DNA of 62,684 nt, counting the filler. It is 4 parts of 4 records of this genome, joined end to end, with 100 filler letters (N's around TTAATTAATTAA, not from the genome) between each part and the next. Parts side by side here need not be neighbours in the genome. Positions count along the whole stretch, not along the records: positions 1 to 21,292 come from SRR22947727_833; 3 more parts are not named here. One strand, written 5' to 3'. The translations under genes and the position numbers were made by a program. Each line of letters begins with the position of its first letter. Position 1 is the stretch's first letter. The notes under the pieces are model-generated. The model was given only the letters and a program-made list of their open reading frames with translations. It had not been told where the DNA came from and searched no databases. Positions 9,641-18,932 of this stretch are shown one piece after another.

Positions 9641-9816
9641 GTTTTCAGATTCAAAACCGGTTCATGCGGCTTAATACCCGTCACGCATTCGCGTATTACG
9701 GGCCGAGAAGCCGATTCTAGAGCGAAAATCGTATTACTGTTTGTCTTTATCCGATTTGTGGAATCACCTGAGAATCGTATCCTGACACTCTGGTTTTTAC
9801 CCCGTATTTTTTTTCG

Positions 9817-12800
9817 ATGAAGGCACTTCTCACAGCTCTTTCGATTTCACTTCCGATTTTTGGGATCGGTGCGGAATTTTCGCCGGAACAGCTCGACTTT
9901 TTCGAAAAGAAAATCCGGCCGGTGCTGGCAGAACGTTGTTACAAATGCCACAGCGCGAAAGCGGAAAAGCTAAAAGCAAAGTTGCAGCTGGATCATCGCG
10001 AACACATGCTGAGTGGCGGCGACACGGGGGCTGCGATGGTTCCGGGCGATGTTGAGGCTTCGTTGCTGATCGAAACGATCCGCTATGTCACGACGGATTT
10101 GCAGATGCCGCCAAAAGGAAAGTTGGATGATGCGATCGTGGCGGATTTTGAGAAATGGATTTCAGATGGTGCCGCGTGGCCGGAGGAGCCGGTGCCGGTG
10201 CGTGAAGGCGGGGCGACAGTGGAAGCCTTTAATCTGAAAAAACGCCGCGCGGAACACTGGTGCTGGCGACCGATCGCGAATCCAGCTCCACCAACGGATT
10301 TGAAAGATGCGACGTGGGCGCGCAATGAAATCGATCATTTCATCTTAAAGAAAATTGAAGGGGCCGGTCTAAAACCAGCCCCGGAAACAGATAAGCGAAC
10401 GTGGCTGCGACGGGTGTCGTTTGATCTGATTGGCCTGCCTCCAACGCGTGATGAGATCGCCGCGTTTCTCGCGGACGGTTCAGCAAAAGCTCACGAAGCG
10501 GTGGTGGATCGATTATTGGCGAGCCCGCATTTTGGTGAAAAATGGACGCGGCACTGGATGGACTTGGTTCGCTATGCGGAGAGCTACGGGCACGAGTTTG
10601 ATTACCCAATCGATTACACTCACGAATATCGTGACTACCTAATTCGGGCGTTCAACGCGGATCTTCCCTACGATGAATTGGTAACGGAACATGTAGCAGG
10701 TGATTTGCTGATGGAGCCACGACGGAATCCGAATGAGCAATTTAATGAATCGATTCTGGGAACCGCGTTCTGGTATTTCCATGAAGCAACACACGCGCCG
10801 ACAGATGTGCGGCAGGATGAAGCGGATCGCATGGCCAATCAAATCGATGTGTTTGGAAAAGCATTTCTCGGACTGACAATTGCCTGTGCCCGATGTCACG
10901 ATCACAAATTCGACGCGATTTCAACAGCGGATTATTATTCGCTGACGGCGTACTTGGAGAGCAGCACGCGGCAGGAATACCCGATGGACCCCGGTCGCGT
11001 GCGCGAAAAAACGGCGACGCAGCTGCTTGATTTGCGAGAGAAAGCAAACGCGGAACTGTCGAATGTTAGGTCAGATTTTGACCCGAGTGATTATCTCGCC
11101 GCGGCAGCGGATTTGGTTCGGGCGAAGATGGAGGAACCGAAAACCGGTGATGATCCCTGGGCGGGAATTATGTTCGATGATTTTGAATCGGGAACGTATT
11201 CGAGGTGGAAAGTTGAAGGCGATGCTTTCGGGACGGAACCCGCGAAAGGGAAACGCGGCAGTCAGAAATTGACGGGAGATTTTGGGAAGCGCTTCGCGAA
11301 TTCATATCCAGAAAATGATGGGGCCCGGGGAAAGCTGATCTCGGAGAAATTCACGATCGAGAAACCATTCATCAATTTTCTCATCGCAGGTGGAAATCAC
11401 AAAAACACGGCTGCGGAACTTTGGGTCGATGGCAAATCAGTTCTGGCGACGAGCGGAGAGAACAATGACCAATTGAAACCGGCTAGCTGGGCAGTAGCGG
11501 CTTTCGCCGGGAAAGAAGCCGAAATTCGAGTCATTGATGACAACCGCGGCGGCTGGGGACACATCGAGGTGGATCGATTTATTTTCTCCAATGTGCCTGC
11601 GGGCGAGACGAGCGGGCTGCCGATGCCCGGAGCGGACAAGATTTCGGAAGCGGCAAAGAAGGCCGGTCTCGATGCAGATAAACTCGCCGCCTGGTGCCGA
11701 CTTTTTACGTCAACGGAAAAGGACGACAAAAAACCGGCCGGCTTTTTCGCAAAGTGGCTGACCAATCCTGACGTCGCTACGGGGATCAAGAATCTCGCCA
11801 ACCGCTATAAAGAAACACGGGCAACGTTCGAAAAAGAAGCGACGAGTTTCGAAAATTTCGAAGGCAATACATTGCCGGAAGGTTGGTCGACCAGCGGTAA
11901 AGCATTTCAAGCAGGGGGATCAACATCGGGACTGAGCTTCTCGAAAGACCAGCCATTTTCAGTCCCGGGAACGGCGACGAGTTCCCTATTGGGTGAAAAA
12001 CAAAATGGAGTTCTGCGCTCGCCAACGTTCAAAATTCCTACGCGTCAGATTCACGTGAAAGCCCGCGCTGAAAATCTATTCGCCCGCGTTGTGATGGATA
12101 ACTATCACATGCAGAAATTCAACGCTCTGATTTTTCGCGGGACCTTCCAGAAGAGCGTTAAGACCGAAGGCGAGTTTCGCTGGTTCACGTTTTCCGGTGA
12201 TTTGAACAAATACATCGATCACAACGCGTTTCTAGAATTCGTCGATAAAGGCGACGCCACCGTCGAGATCGATGAAATTTGGTTCAACGATGAAGGCAGC
12301 CCGCCGCAGGAATTACCAGCCGTTTTGCTCGCTGCGACTTTGGGTGATGGAACCGTTCCTGAAAATTTGAGCGCTGCCTGGACGAAAGCAGTTGCTGATT
12401 TGAAGCGAGGAACAGCGAAAGCAAATGATTCGGAATTTCTGAATTGGATGATCGCAAATGGACTGATCAATCTCGATGATTTTTCAAAAAACATCGCTCC
12501 GGTTTTGGCCGAAGGCCGAACTCTGATTGATAAGCTGCCAGGAGAACGCTACGCCCTCGCGATGGCGGAAGGCACGCCCGAAGGAGGTTTCGTTTATATT
12601 CGCGGGAGCCACAAGAAGCTGGGAGAAGCGGTTCCCACGCGTGCGATTGCGGCGCTCGGCGGAAACGAGGGAAATCGGATTTCGCTCGCAAAGAATATCA
12701 CCGATCCAGAAAACCCACTGACATCGCGGGTGCTTGTGAACCGTCTCTGGCATCACCTATTTGGTCGGGGCATTGTCGCGAGCGTCGATGATTTCGGGCC

Positions 12801-13545
12801 GATGGGTCAAGAACCGAGCCACCCTGAGTTGCTCGATTTTCTCGCAACCGACCTTGTGAACAACGATTGGTCAATGAAAAACACGATCCGCAAAATCGTG
12901 CTGTCACAAACTTATCGCCAATCAAGCAGCGCCGATTCCGCTTTGGATTCTGAGCTGATCGCCACGGTCGATCCGGAGAATATTTTGCTGCATCGCATGC
13001 CGGTTCGTCGACTGCAGGCCGAATCGATTCGTGATTCCATGCTGGCGATCTCAGGCAGGCTTGATCCCACGCTCTATGGCAAAAGCATTCCGACACATCG
13101 AACCGAATTCATGACCGGTCGCGGAGGACGTGGAAGCGGACCTTTAGACGGTGCGGGACGCCGCAGTGTTTACGGTTCCATTTATCGAAATTTTCTCAGT
13201 CCCATGATGCTGACTTTTGACATGCCTGGGCCATTCGGCCCCAAAGGTCGCCGCTCCGTTTCCAATGTCCCCGCGCAGTCCCTGGCGCTAATGAACGATC
13301 CGTTCGTGATCGAACAAACGACTCTTTGGGCAAAAAATTCCGCAGGAGAAGACGACAGCAAAGCGCGGATTTCAGCCATGTTCGAAACCGCACTCGGAAA
13401 ACTTCCGAATAAAAATGAACTCGACGCGCTCGAGGGATTTTTGAATCAGCAAGCCGCCGAAAACGAGGGCGCGATCAATGAACTCACCTGGGCCGATCTC
13501 GGACACGTAATTTTTAACCTGAAGGATTTTGTGTATTTGAACTGA
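9817..13545 (+). CDS. PSD1/planctomycete cytochrome c domain protein (PSCyt1 + DUF1549 + DUF1553)
   Basis: FFEKKIRPVL..CYKCH; LRRVSFDLIGLPP; CARCHDHKFD; VNRLWHHLFGRGIV; PSHPELLD; SNVPAQSLALMN. Confidence 0.93.
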   Translation: MKALLTALSISLPIFGIGAEFSPEQLDFFEKKIRPVLAERCYKCHSAKAEKLKAKLQLDHREHMLSGGDTGAAMVPGDVEASLLIETIRYVTTDLQMPPKGKLDDAIVADFEKWISDGAAWPEEPVPVREGGATVEAFNLKKRRAEHWCWRPIANPAPPTDLKDATWARNEIDHFILKKIEGAGLKPAPETDKRTWLRRVSFDLIGLPPTRDEIAAFLADGSAKAHEAVVDRLLASPHFGEKWTRHWMDLVRYAESYGHEFDYPIDYTHEYRDYLIRAFNADLPYDELVTEHVAGDLLMEPRRNPNEQFNESILGTAFWYFHEATHAPTDVRQDEADRMANQIDVFGKAFLGLTIACARCHDHKFDAISTADYYSLTAYLESSTRQEYPMDPGRVREKTATQLLDLREKANAELSNVRSDFDPSDYLAAAADLVRAKMEEPKTGDDPWAGIMFDDFESGTYSRWKVEGDAFGTEPAKGKRGSQKLTGDFGKRFANSYPENDGARGKLISEKFTIEKPFINFLIAGGNHKNTAAELWVDGKSVLATSGENNDQLKPASWAVAAFAGKEAEIRVIDDNRGGWGHIEVDRFIFSNVPAGETSGLPMPGADKISEAAKKAGLDADKLAAWCRLFTSTEKDDKKPAGFFAKWLTNPDVATGIKNLANRYKETRATFEKEATSFENFEGNTLPEGWSTSGKAFQAGGSTSGLSFSKDQPFSVPGTATSSLLGEKQNGVLRSPTFKIPTRQIHVKARAENLFARVVMDNYHMQKFNALIFRGTFQKSVKTEGEFRWFTFSGDLNKYIDHNAFLEFVDKGDATVEIDEIWFNDEGSPPQELPAVLLAATLGDGTVPENLSAAWTKAVADLKRGTAKANDSEFLNWMIANGLINLDDFSKNIAPVLAEGRTLIDKLPGERYALAMAEGTPEGGFVYIRGSHKKLGEAVPTRAIAALGGNEGNRISLAKNITDPENPLTSRVLVNRLWHHLFGRGIVASVDDFGPMGQEPSHPELLDFLATDLVNNDWSMKNTIRKIVLSQTYRQSSSADSALDSELIATVDPENILLHRMPVRRLQAESIRDSMLAISGRLDPTLYGKSIPTHRTEFMTGRGGRGSGPLDGAGRRSVYGSIYRNFLSPMMLTFDMPGPFGPKGRRSVSNVPAQSLALMNDPFVIEQTTLWAKNSAGEDDSKARISAMFETALGKLPNKNELDALEGFLNQQAAENEGAINELTWADLGHVIFNLKDFVYLN

Positions 13546-13555
13546 ACCCAACTTT

Positions 13556-13598
13556 CGAACGAACAGGGTTGGTTTGTCGAACAGACCCTGTTGGTTCG
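13556..13598. repeat. 43-bp palindromic intergenic repeat
   Basis: cgaacgaacagggt-tggtttgtcgaacag-accctgttggttcg; 14-bp stem with one mismatch. Confidence 0.85.
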
Positions 13599-13611
13599 TG
13601 AAAAATGAATT

Positions 13612-13839
13612 ATGGTGTCCGAGATGAAAAAAGACCGTTCCAAATGGGTGGTGAAGAAATGTGATTCATTTGAAGAAATGGAGCGCTTGCACATCACTCA
13701 GTGGCAAGCCGTTTCGCCAAGTGAACGCGCTAACGGCCTATGGATTTTGATCGTTGAAGCATGGAAACTAAAAGGAGGCGACCCAAATGAACTCAGACTT
13801 CAAAGAGATGTTACAAGCGTTAAACAACGGCGGAGTTAA
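13612..13839 (+). CDS. Small hypothetical protein, putative antitoxin-like partner of the nucleotidyltransferase
   Basis: 75 aa with a WQAVSPSER motif and RLQRDV tail; overlaps the downstream NTase gene by 53 nt. Confidence 0.65.
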   Translation: MVSEMKKDRSKWVVKKCDSFEEMERLHITQWQAVSPSERANGLWILIVEAWKLKGGDPNELRLQRDVTSVKQRRS

Positions 13840-14239
13840 ATATTTAGTCGTTGGCGGATGGGCTGTCGGACATCACAGCCAACCTCGGCACACCAAGGGT
13901 TTGGACATTTGGATAAAACCGGATGCTGAAAATGCGAATCGGTTAATGAATGCGTTTTCAGAGTTTGGAATGATGCTCGTCGATATTGAGGAATGCGATT
14001 TCGCCAAAGAAGGAACTCAATATTTTGTTGGTGTACCGCCTGTTGCCCTGGATTTTTTAACGACAATTGAGCCCTTAGATTTCGATGCCAGTTGGGAACA
14101 ACGTGACATCGGACAGATGGATGAAGTAAAGGTCAACTATATTGGCAAAAGCGACCTTATTGAGTCGAAAAAGGCCGCCGATCGCGACACTGACCGCGCA
14201 GACATCCGAAGCTTAACTTTACTTTCTGAAGACGAATGA
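13787..14239 (+). CDS. Nucleotidyltransferase-fold protein (DUF6036-like)
   Basis: YLVVGGWAV..H..PR.TK(G)LDIW; C-terminal LIESKKAADR..D..D. Confidence 0.8.
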   Translation: MNSDFKEMLQALNNGGVKYLVVGGWAVGHHSQPRHTKGLDIWIKPDAENANRLMNAFSEFGMMLVDIEECDFAKEGTQYFVGVPPVALDFLTTIEPLDFDASWEQRDIGQMDEVKVNYIGKSDLIESKKAADRDTDRADIRSLTLLSEDE

Positions 14240-15687
14240 AATCAAAAATTGCTATCCTCACAATTTTCTTCGGCACGCTCTTTACTCTCGCAGCCGCCGA
14301 AAAACCAAACATCGTTTTCATCATCGCTGATGATTGCACCTACCTCGATATGGAGGTCTACGGCGGACAAGCAAAGACACCGCGATTGAATGCCCTTGCG
14401 AAAGAAGGAATGCAATTTTCGCGGTGCTTTCAAACCGCGCCAATGTGTTCGCCGACTCGGCACAATATCTACACGGGAATCTATCCGGTGAAATCGGGTG
14501 CATGGCCGAATCACACGTGCGTCTACGACGGCACGAAATCGATCGTGCACTATTTGCAGGACGCCGGCTATCGAACAGCGCTTTCGGGAAAAACGCATAT
14601 TGCGCCGAAAGAATCCTTTCCGTTTGAGTATTCGGGTGAATTCAAAACAGCGAATCCCGCGAAAGAAAACCCCTATCCGGAGCTGAAGAAAATGATTGGG
14701 GAGTCAAAGGCTGCGGGGAAGCCGTTTTCGATCATGGCTTGTTCGAACGAGCCGCATTCTCCTTATGACAAGGGCGATGCCTCGGCCTATCCACCCGAGT
14801 CGCTGAAGCTACCGCCGACCTGGGTGGACACACCGAAAACAAGAGATGCCTATTCAAAATACCTCGCAGAAATCACCTATTACGATGCGCAGTGCGGGGC
14901 CTTGCTTGATTTACTGGAAGAACAAGGAGTTGCGGAAAACACGCTAGTGATTGCTGTTTCTGAACAAGGCTCTGGATTTCCTTTTGCAAAGTGGACGTGT
15001 TTTGAAATGGGACTCGCCTCGGGGATGATCGCCCGCTGGCCTGGACAAATTAAAGCCGGATCAAATTCCGCAGCACTGGTCGAGTATGTCGATCTCGCGC
15101 CGACTTTTCTTGCGGCTGCTGGAGAAGCCATTCCCGACACGATGGATGGAAAATCATTCCTCTCTGTTTTGAAAGGCGAAGCTGATGAGCACAAAAAATA
15201 CACTTTCGGTCTCCACACGACACGTGGAATTATCAACGGCTCGGAGAACTTCGGGATTCGATCCTGCGCGACGAAAACGCATCGTTACATTCGTAATTTG
15301 AATCCCGATGTGAAATTCACCAATGCAATAACCAGAGAGGGTGGCGACAAGATTGCTTTTTGGAACACATGGATTGAAAAAGCAGAAGCAAGCGATGAAC
15401 AAGCAATTGCGATGACGAAGAAGTATTCGTTTCGCCCTGCAGAAGAACTCTACGACGTGAAGAACGACCCGCACTGTCTGAACAATCTGATCGATGACCC
15501 GAAACTGGCGGATTTGAAAGTCGAACTCAGCGCTGAGTTGGATTCGTGGATGAAATCGCAGGGTGACAAAGGCGCCGAGACCGAGGCAATCGCGAATACG
15601 CGGAAAGCTGGATACGGCAAAAAGCCTGCAACTGGAAAAGGGAAGGGCAAAAACAAAGCCAAGAAGAAAAAGAAAACAGAGGCCTAG
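14236..15687 (+). CDS. Sulfatase (S1 family), secreted
   Basis: Signal peptide; KPNIVFIIADD; CSPTRH; GKTH; PH; EELYD. Confidence 0.93.
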   Translation: MKSKIAILTIFFGTLFTLAAAEKPNIVFIIADDCTYLDMEVYGGQAKTPRLNALAKEGMQFSRCFQTAPMCSPTRHNIYTGIYPVKSGAWPNHTCVYDGTKSIVHYLQDAGYRTALSGKTHIAPKESFPFEYSGEFKTANPAKENPYPELKKMIGESKAAGKPFSIMACSNEPHSPYDKGDASAYPPESLKLPPTWVDTPKTRDAYSKYLAEITYYDAQCGALLDLLEEQGVAENTLVIAVSEQGSGFPFAKWTCFEMGLASGMIARWPGQIKAGSNSAALVEYVDLAPTFLAAAGEAIPDTMDGKSFLSVLKGEADEHKKYTFGLHTTRGIINGSENFGIRSCATKTHRYIRNLNPDVKFTNAITREGGDKIAFWNTWIEKAEASDEQAIAMTKKYSFRPAEELYDVKNDPHCLNNLIDDPKLADLKVELSAELDSWMKSQGDKGAETEAIANTRKAGYGKKPATGKGKGKNKAKKKKKTEA

Positions 15688-15696
15688 AAGAAAAAC

Positions 15697-17154
15697 ATGC
15701 ACTGTAACAATTTCACATCCTGCCCGACTTCACGTCGCGCCATGCTGCGCAAATGCTCAATGGGCTTTGGCGGCGTTGCGATGACCGCGCTCTCCGCTCA
15801 GGCAAATTCTCTGGGAGTTTCCGGCCGACCTTCGGCGTTGGACAACCCGCTGGCTCCGAAAGCTCCGCATTTTCCGGCACGGGCGAAGAATGTGATTTTT
15901 CTCTACATGGATGGCGGCCCCTCGCAAGTCGATACATTTGATTACAAGCCGGCCCTCGAAAAATACAATGGGCAAGACCCCAGGACCGCGATTGGGAATC
16001 TTGCGCCGACGCAGTTCGATAACATCGGCAAGGTGCTGAAAAATCAGTGGGAGTTCAAACAACGCGGCGACAGCGGAACGTGGGTTTCTGATTTGTTTCC
16101 TTTCATTGCGGAAAAAGAAGTTGTTGATGAATTGGCCATCGTAAAATCGATGACCTCGAAATTTTCCGAGCATACTTCGGCAAATTATTTCCTTCACACA
16201 GGGAACGGATTGCAGGGGCGGCCGAGTATGGGCGCGTGGATGGGGTATGGGCTGGGAACCGAAAATGAAGATCTTCCAGGATTCGTCGTTTTGAACGGAG
16301 GTCAGATTCCACCGGGCGGACTCGATTGTTTCGGTTCAGGGTTTTTACCTGCCGCGTATCAAGGGTCGATTTTTCTGCCAAAAGATCAGCCGATCGCTAA
16401 CGTAAAACCAACAGAGAAAAATCCCAAATTGCAGCGCAACAAACTCGATGTACTGAACAAACTTGATGGTGAATCGCTCTCGCAAGATTTTGGAAATGAC
16501 CCGCAAGTTGAAGCCGCGATTCAAAATTACGAAACGGCTTTTCGAATGCAATCAGCTGTGCCGGATTTGATGGACCTAAGTGGCGAGGGCGATGCGGTGA
16601 AAGAAATGTATGGGCTGAACGCCGACTACCCGCAGACAAAAACCTTCGGCCTACAATGTTTGTTGGCTCGGCGACTGGTTGAACGCGGGGTTCGTTTCAT
16701 CGAACTGACTTGTCCGGGAGGAAATGGCGATCGCTGGGATCAACATGGAGGCCTGATTGACGGTCATGGTAAAAACTGCAAGACAGTCGACCAACCCATC
16801 GCGGCACTGATTAAAGATCTAAAACGAACGGGCCTGCTCGATTCGACACTGGTGGTTTGGGGCGGTGAATTCGGGCGCACGCCGTTTGCGCAGGGCTCGA
16901 ACGGTCGCGATCACAATCCATTTGGCTTCACCATGTGGATGGCAGGTGGCGGGGTGAAAGGCGGGGTAAATGTCGGTCGGACAGATGACTTCGGATATCG
17001 CGCGGTTGAAAATCGTTACGAAATTCACGATCTTCACGCCACGATGCTTCACCTGCTGGGCGTCGAACACACAAAATCAACGTACCGTTTCTCAGGTCGC
17101 GACATGCGACTGACCGACGTTCATGGGCATTTGATGAAAGAGATTTTGGCGTAA
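15697..17154 (+). CDS. DUF1501 domain protein
   Basis: Tat-like SRR; GGPSQVDTFDYKP; ARRLVERGVRF; WDQH; GEFGRTP; GRDH. Confidence 0.93.
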   Translation: MHCNNFTSCPTSRRAMLRKCSMGFGGVAMTALSAQANSLGVSGRPSALDNPLAPKAPHFPARAKNVIFLYMDGGPSQVDTFDYKPALEKYNGQDPRTAIGNLAPTQFDNIGKVLKNQWEFKQRGDSGTWVSDLFPFIAEKEVVDELAIVKSMTSKFSEHTSANYFLHTGNGLQGRPSMGAWMGYGLGTENEDLPGFVVLNGGQIPPGGLDCFGSGFLPAAYQGSIFLPKDQPIANVKPTEKNPKLQRNKLDVLNKLDGESLSQDFGNDPQVEAAIQNYETAFRMQSAVPDLMDLSGEGDAVKEMYGLNADYPQTKTFGLQCLLARRLVERGVRFIELTCPGGNGDRWDQHGGLIDGHGKNCKTVDQPIAALIKDLKRTGLLDSTLVVWGGEFGRTPFAQGSNGRDHNPFGFTMWMAGGGVKGGVNVGRTDDFGYRAVENRYEIHDLHATMLHLLGVEHTKSTYRFSGRDMRLTDVHGHLMKEILA

Positions 17155-17156
17155 AA

Positions 17157-17253
17157 CGAACTAACAGGGTACGTTCGATTAATCAATAGGGTCTGTTCGA
17201 AAACCCATTTCGAAGCAACAGGGTTGGTTTGTCGAACTTACCCTATTGCTTCG
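17157..17253. repeat. Cluster of 43-bp palindrome copies: degenerate inverted pieces at 17157-17210 and a full copy at 17211-17253
   Basis: Full copy is cgaagcaacagggt-tggtttgtcgaactt-accctattgcttcg. It is preceded by cgaactaacagggtacgttcga and atagggtctgttcga. Confidence 0.8.
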
Positions 17254-17270
17254 TGAGAAGCTTTTTCCGC

Positions 17271-18344
17271 TCACACAACGTGCGCAAACGAATCGTCTTT
17301 CTTGATCGAGCTGACGAATGCTGCCATGAAATCGATCACGTTTTGGACGTCGTCGAGATCGGCCATTTCGACCACTGAGTGCATGTAGCGCAGCGGCAAT
17401 GAAACCAGTGCGCTCGGGATTCCGCTTTTGATGTGGTAAATCGAATCGGTGTCCGTTCCGGTCGCCCGGGATGATGCTTCGTGCTGCAGGGTGATTCCCT
17501 TTTCCTCAGCAACTTGCATCATGCGCTGAACAACCAGCGGATGATTTGCCGTTCCGTGAGTGATGGATGGGCCACCACCGAGTTTGACTGTTCCGTGCTG
17601 CTTTTCTTCGATGCCGGGAGAATCCGTCGCGTGTGTTACATCGAGAACGAGACAAACATCAGGCATCAATCGATACGATGCCATTTTTGCACCGTAACCA
17701 CCGATTTCTTCCTGAATGGCGTTCAGGGCGATGCAGGTCGAATCCTGTTTTTCAGCCGCGAGTTTTTTCATGACCTGCGAAATGATAAATCCACCGATCC
17801 GGTTATCGAGGGCGCGCCCAATGATCTGATTTTTACCAAAAAGCTCTGCTGCGTCAGAATAGACAGCCGGATGTCCAACCCGAATTCCGAGTTCAGCGAC
17901 GTCTTCCGCGCTGCTCGCTCCAATATCGATGGCCAATTCGTGGACTTTAGGACCTTTTTCTAAATTTTCACGATCCCGAATGTGAATCGCGGTGTTGCCG
18001 ATAATTCCTTTCACCTCGCCTTTATCACCGAGAATCGTGATGCGCCGCCCACGAGCGGTCGCCCAGTCGGACCCACCGATGCGATCGACAAACAGAAACC
18101 CCTCTTTCGTGATGTGTTTGACCATGTAGCCAATTTCGTCGGCGTGAGCCTCGATCATCACGGTCAAACCATCTGTTTCATCTCCGCCAAGAGTTGCCCA
18201 CGTGTTTCCGTAGGCGTCATTTTCAACCGAATCAGCGTGTGACCGGTTGTATTCGGCCCAGACTTTTTGACCCGGAATTTCGAACCCGGTCGGGCTGGGC
18301 GTATTGAGGAGGTTAAGAAGAAAATCGCGTTCGGAATCGTTCAT
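17271..18344 (-). CDS. M42 family metallopeptidase
   Basis: EAHADEIG; ALDNRIG; QEEIG; LDVT; GTDT; PLRYMHS. Confidence 0.93.
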   Translation of the reverse strand: MNDSERDFLLNLLNTPSPTGFEIPGQKVWAEYNRSHADSVENDAYGNTWATLGGDETDGLTVMIEAHADEIGYMVKHITKEGFLFVDRIGGSDWATARGRRITILGDKGEVKGIIGNTAIHIRDRENLEKGPKVHELAIDIGASSAEDVAELGIRVGHPAVYSDAAELFGKNQIIGRALDNRIGGFIISQVMKKLAAEKQDSTCIALNAIQEEIGGYGAKMASYRLMPDVCLVLDVTHATDSPGIEEKQHGTVKLGGGPSITHGTANHPLVVQRMMQVAEEKGITLQHEASSRATGTDTDSIYHIKSGIPSALVSLPLRYMHSVVEMADLDDVQNVIDFMAAFVSSIKKDDSFAHVV

Positions 18345-18506
18345 AGCAAATTTTAAGGAGTTTTGGGTAATCTTACTCTGGTTAGTCCCAAAAACGGGCA
18401 GATATCGGAAATTTACAAATTTTTACGGAAAATACATTTAAAAATTGCTATTTCTTTTTAAAAAAGATACAAGTATTGGGTCTGAGTTTCGAAATTGATA
18501 ATTTTG

Positions 18507-18917
18507 ATGAATCTATTCAAGAAACCTCTCAACTCAATCGCCGTGATTTTCGGCGGGTTCCTTGTCGCGCTCTTAAGTGCCGATTTCTTTATGGAAACCC
18601 AGAGCCAAAATTTTGGCAACGGGGTGAGCACGAATGTAAAAGAGGACTCGATTTTAGCAGTCAGCATTCTTTGTTTGATTGTGGGGATGCTGATCGGTAT
18701 CGGAATGTTTTTCGTTTACCTCGTTGTCCGCGAGAAGAAGCAGCAAACCGAGCAGGATGAACTCGCTTTGCTTCTCGACGAAGTTTCACGCGACGACACT
18801 GTTTTTGATGCCGAAGATTGGCTCTCAACTAGCGAAATGCCGGAAGCAAGTGAAGACAACACTCAGGCACTTGATCCCTGGGAACGCGGCGCGGATTGGT
18901 GGAAAAACGAGGAGTAA
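18507..18917 (+). CDS. Hypothetical membrane protein (2 TM segments, acidic tail ending PWERGADWWK)
   Basis: Open frame with two hydrophobic helices, divergent from the M42 gene. Confidence 0.65.
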   Translation: MNLFKKPLNSIAVIFGGFLVALLSADFFMETQSQNFGNGVSTNVKEDSILAVSILCLIVGMLIGIGMFFVYLVVREKKQQTEQDELALLLDEVSRDDTVFDAEDWLSTSEMPEASEDNTQALDPWERGADWWKNEE

Positions 18918-18932
18918 GCCCCCCCGTTTGGT

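Noticed and set aside
17157..17253. Closely spaced repeats as a possible mini-CRISPR array
   Set aside because: Copies are in mixed orientation with no regular unique spacers and no cas genes; better explained as REP-like elements.
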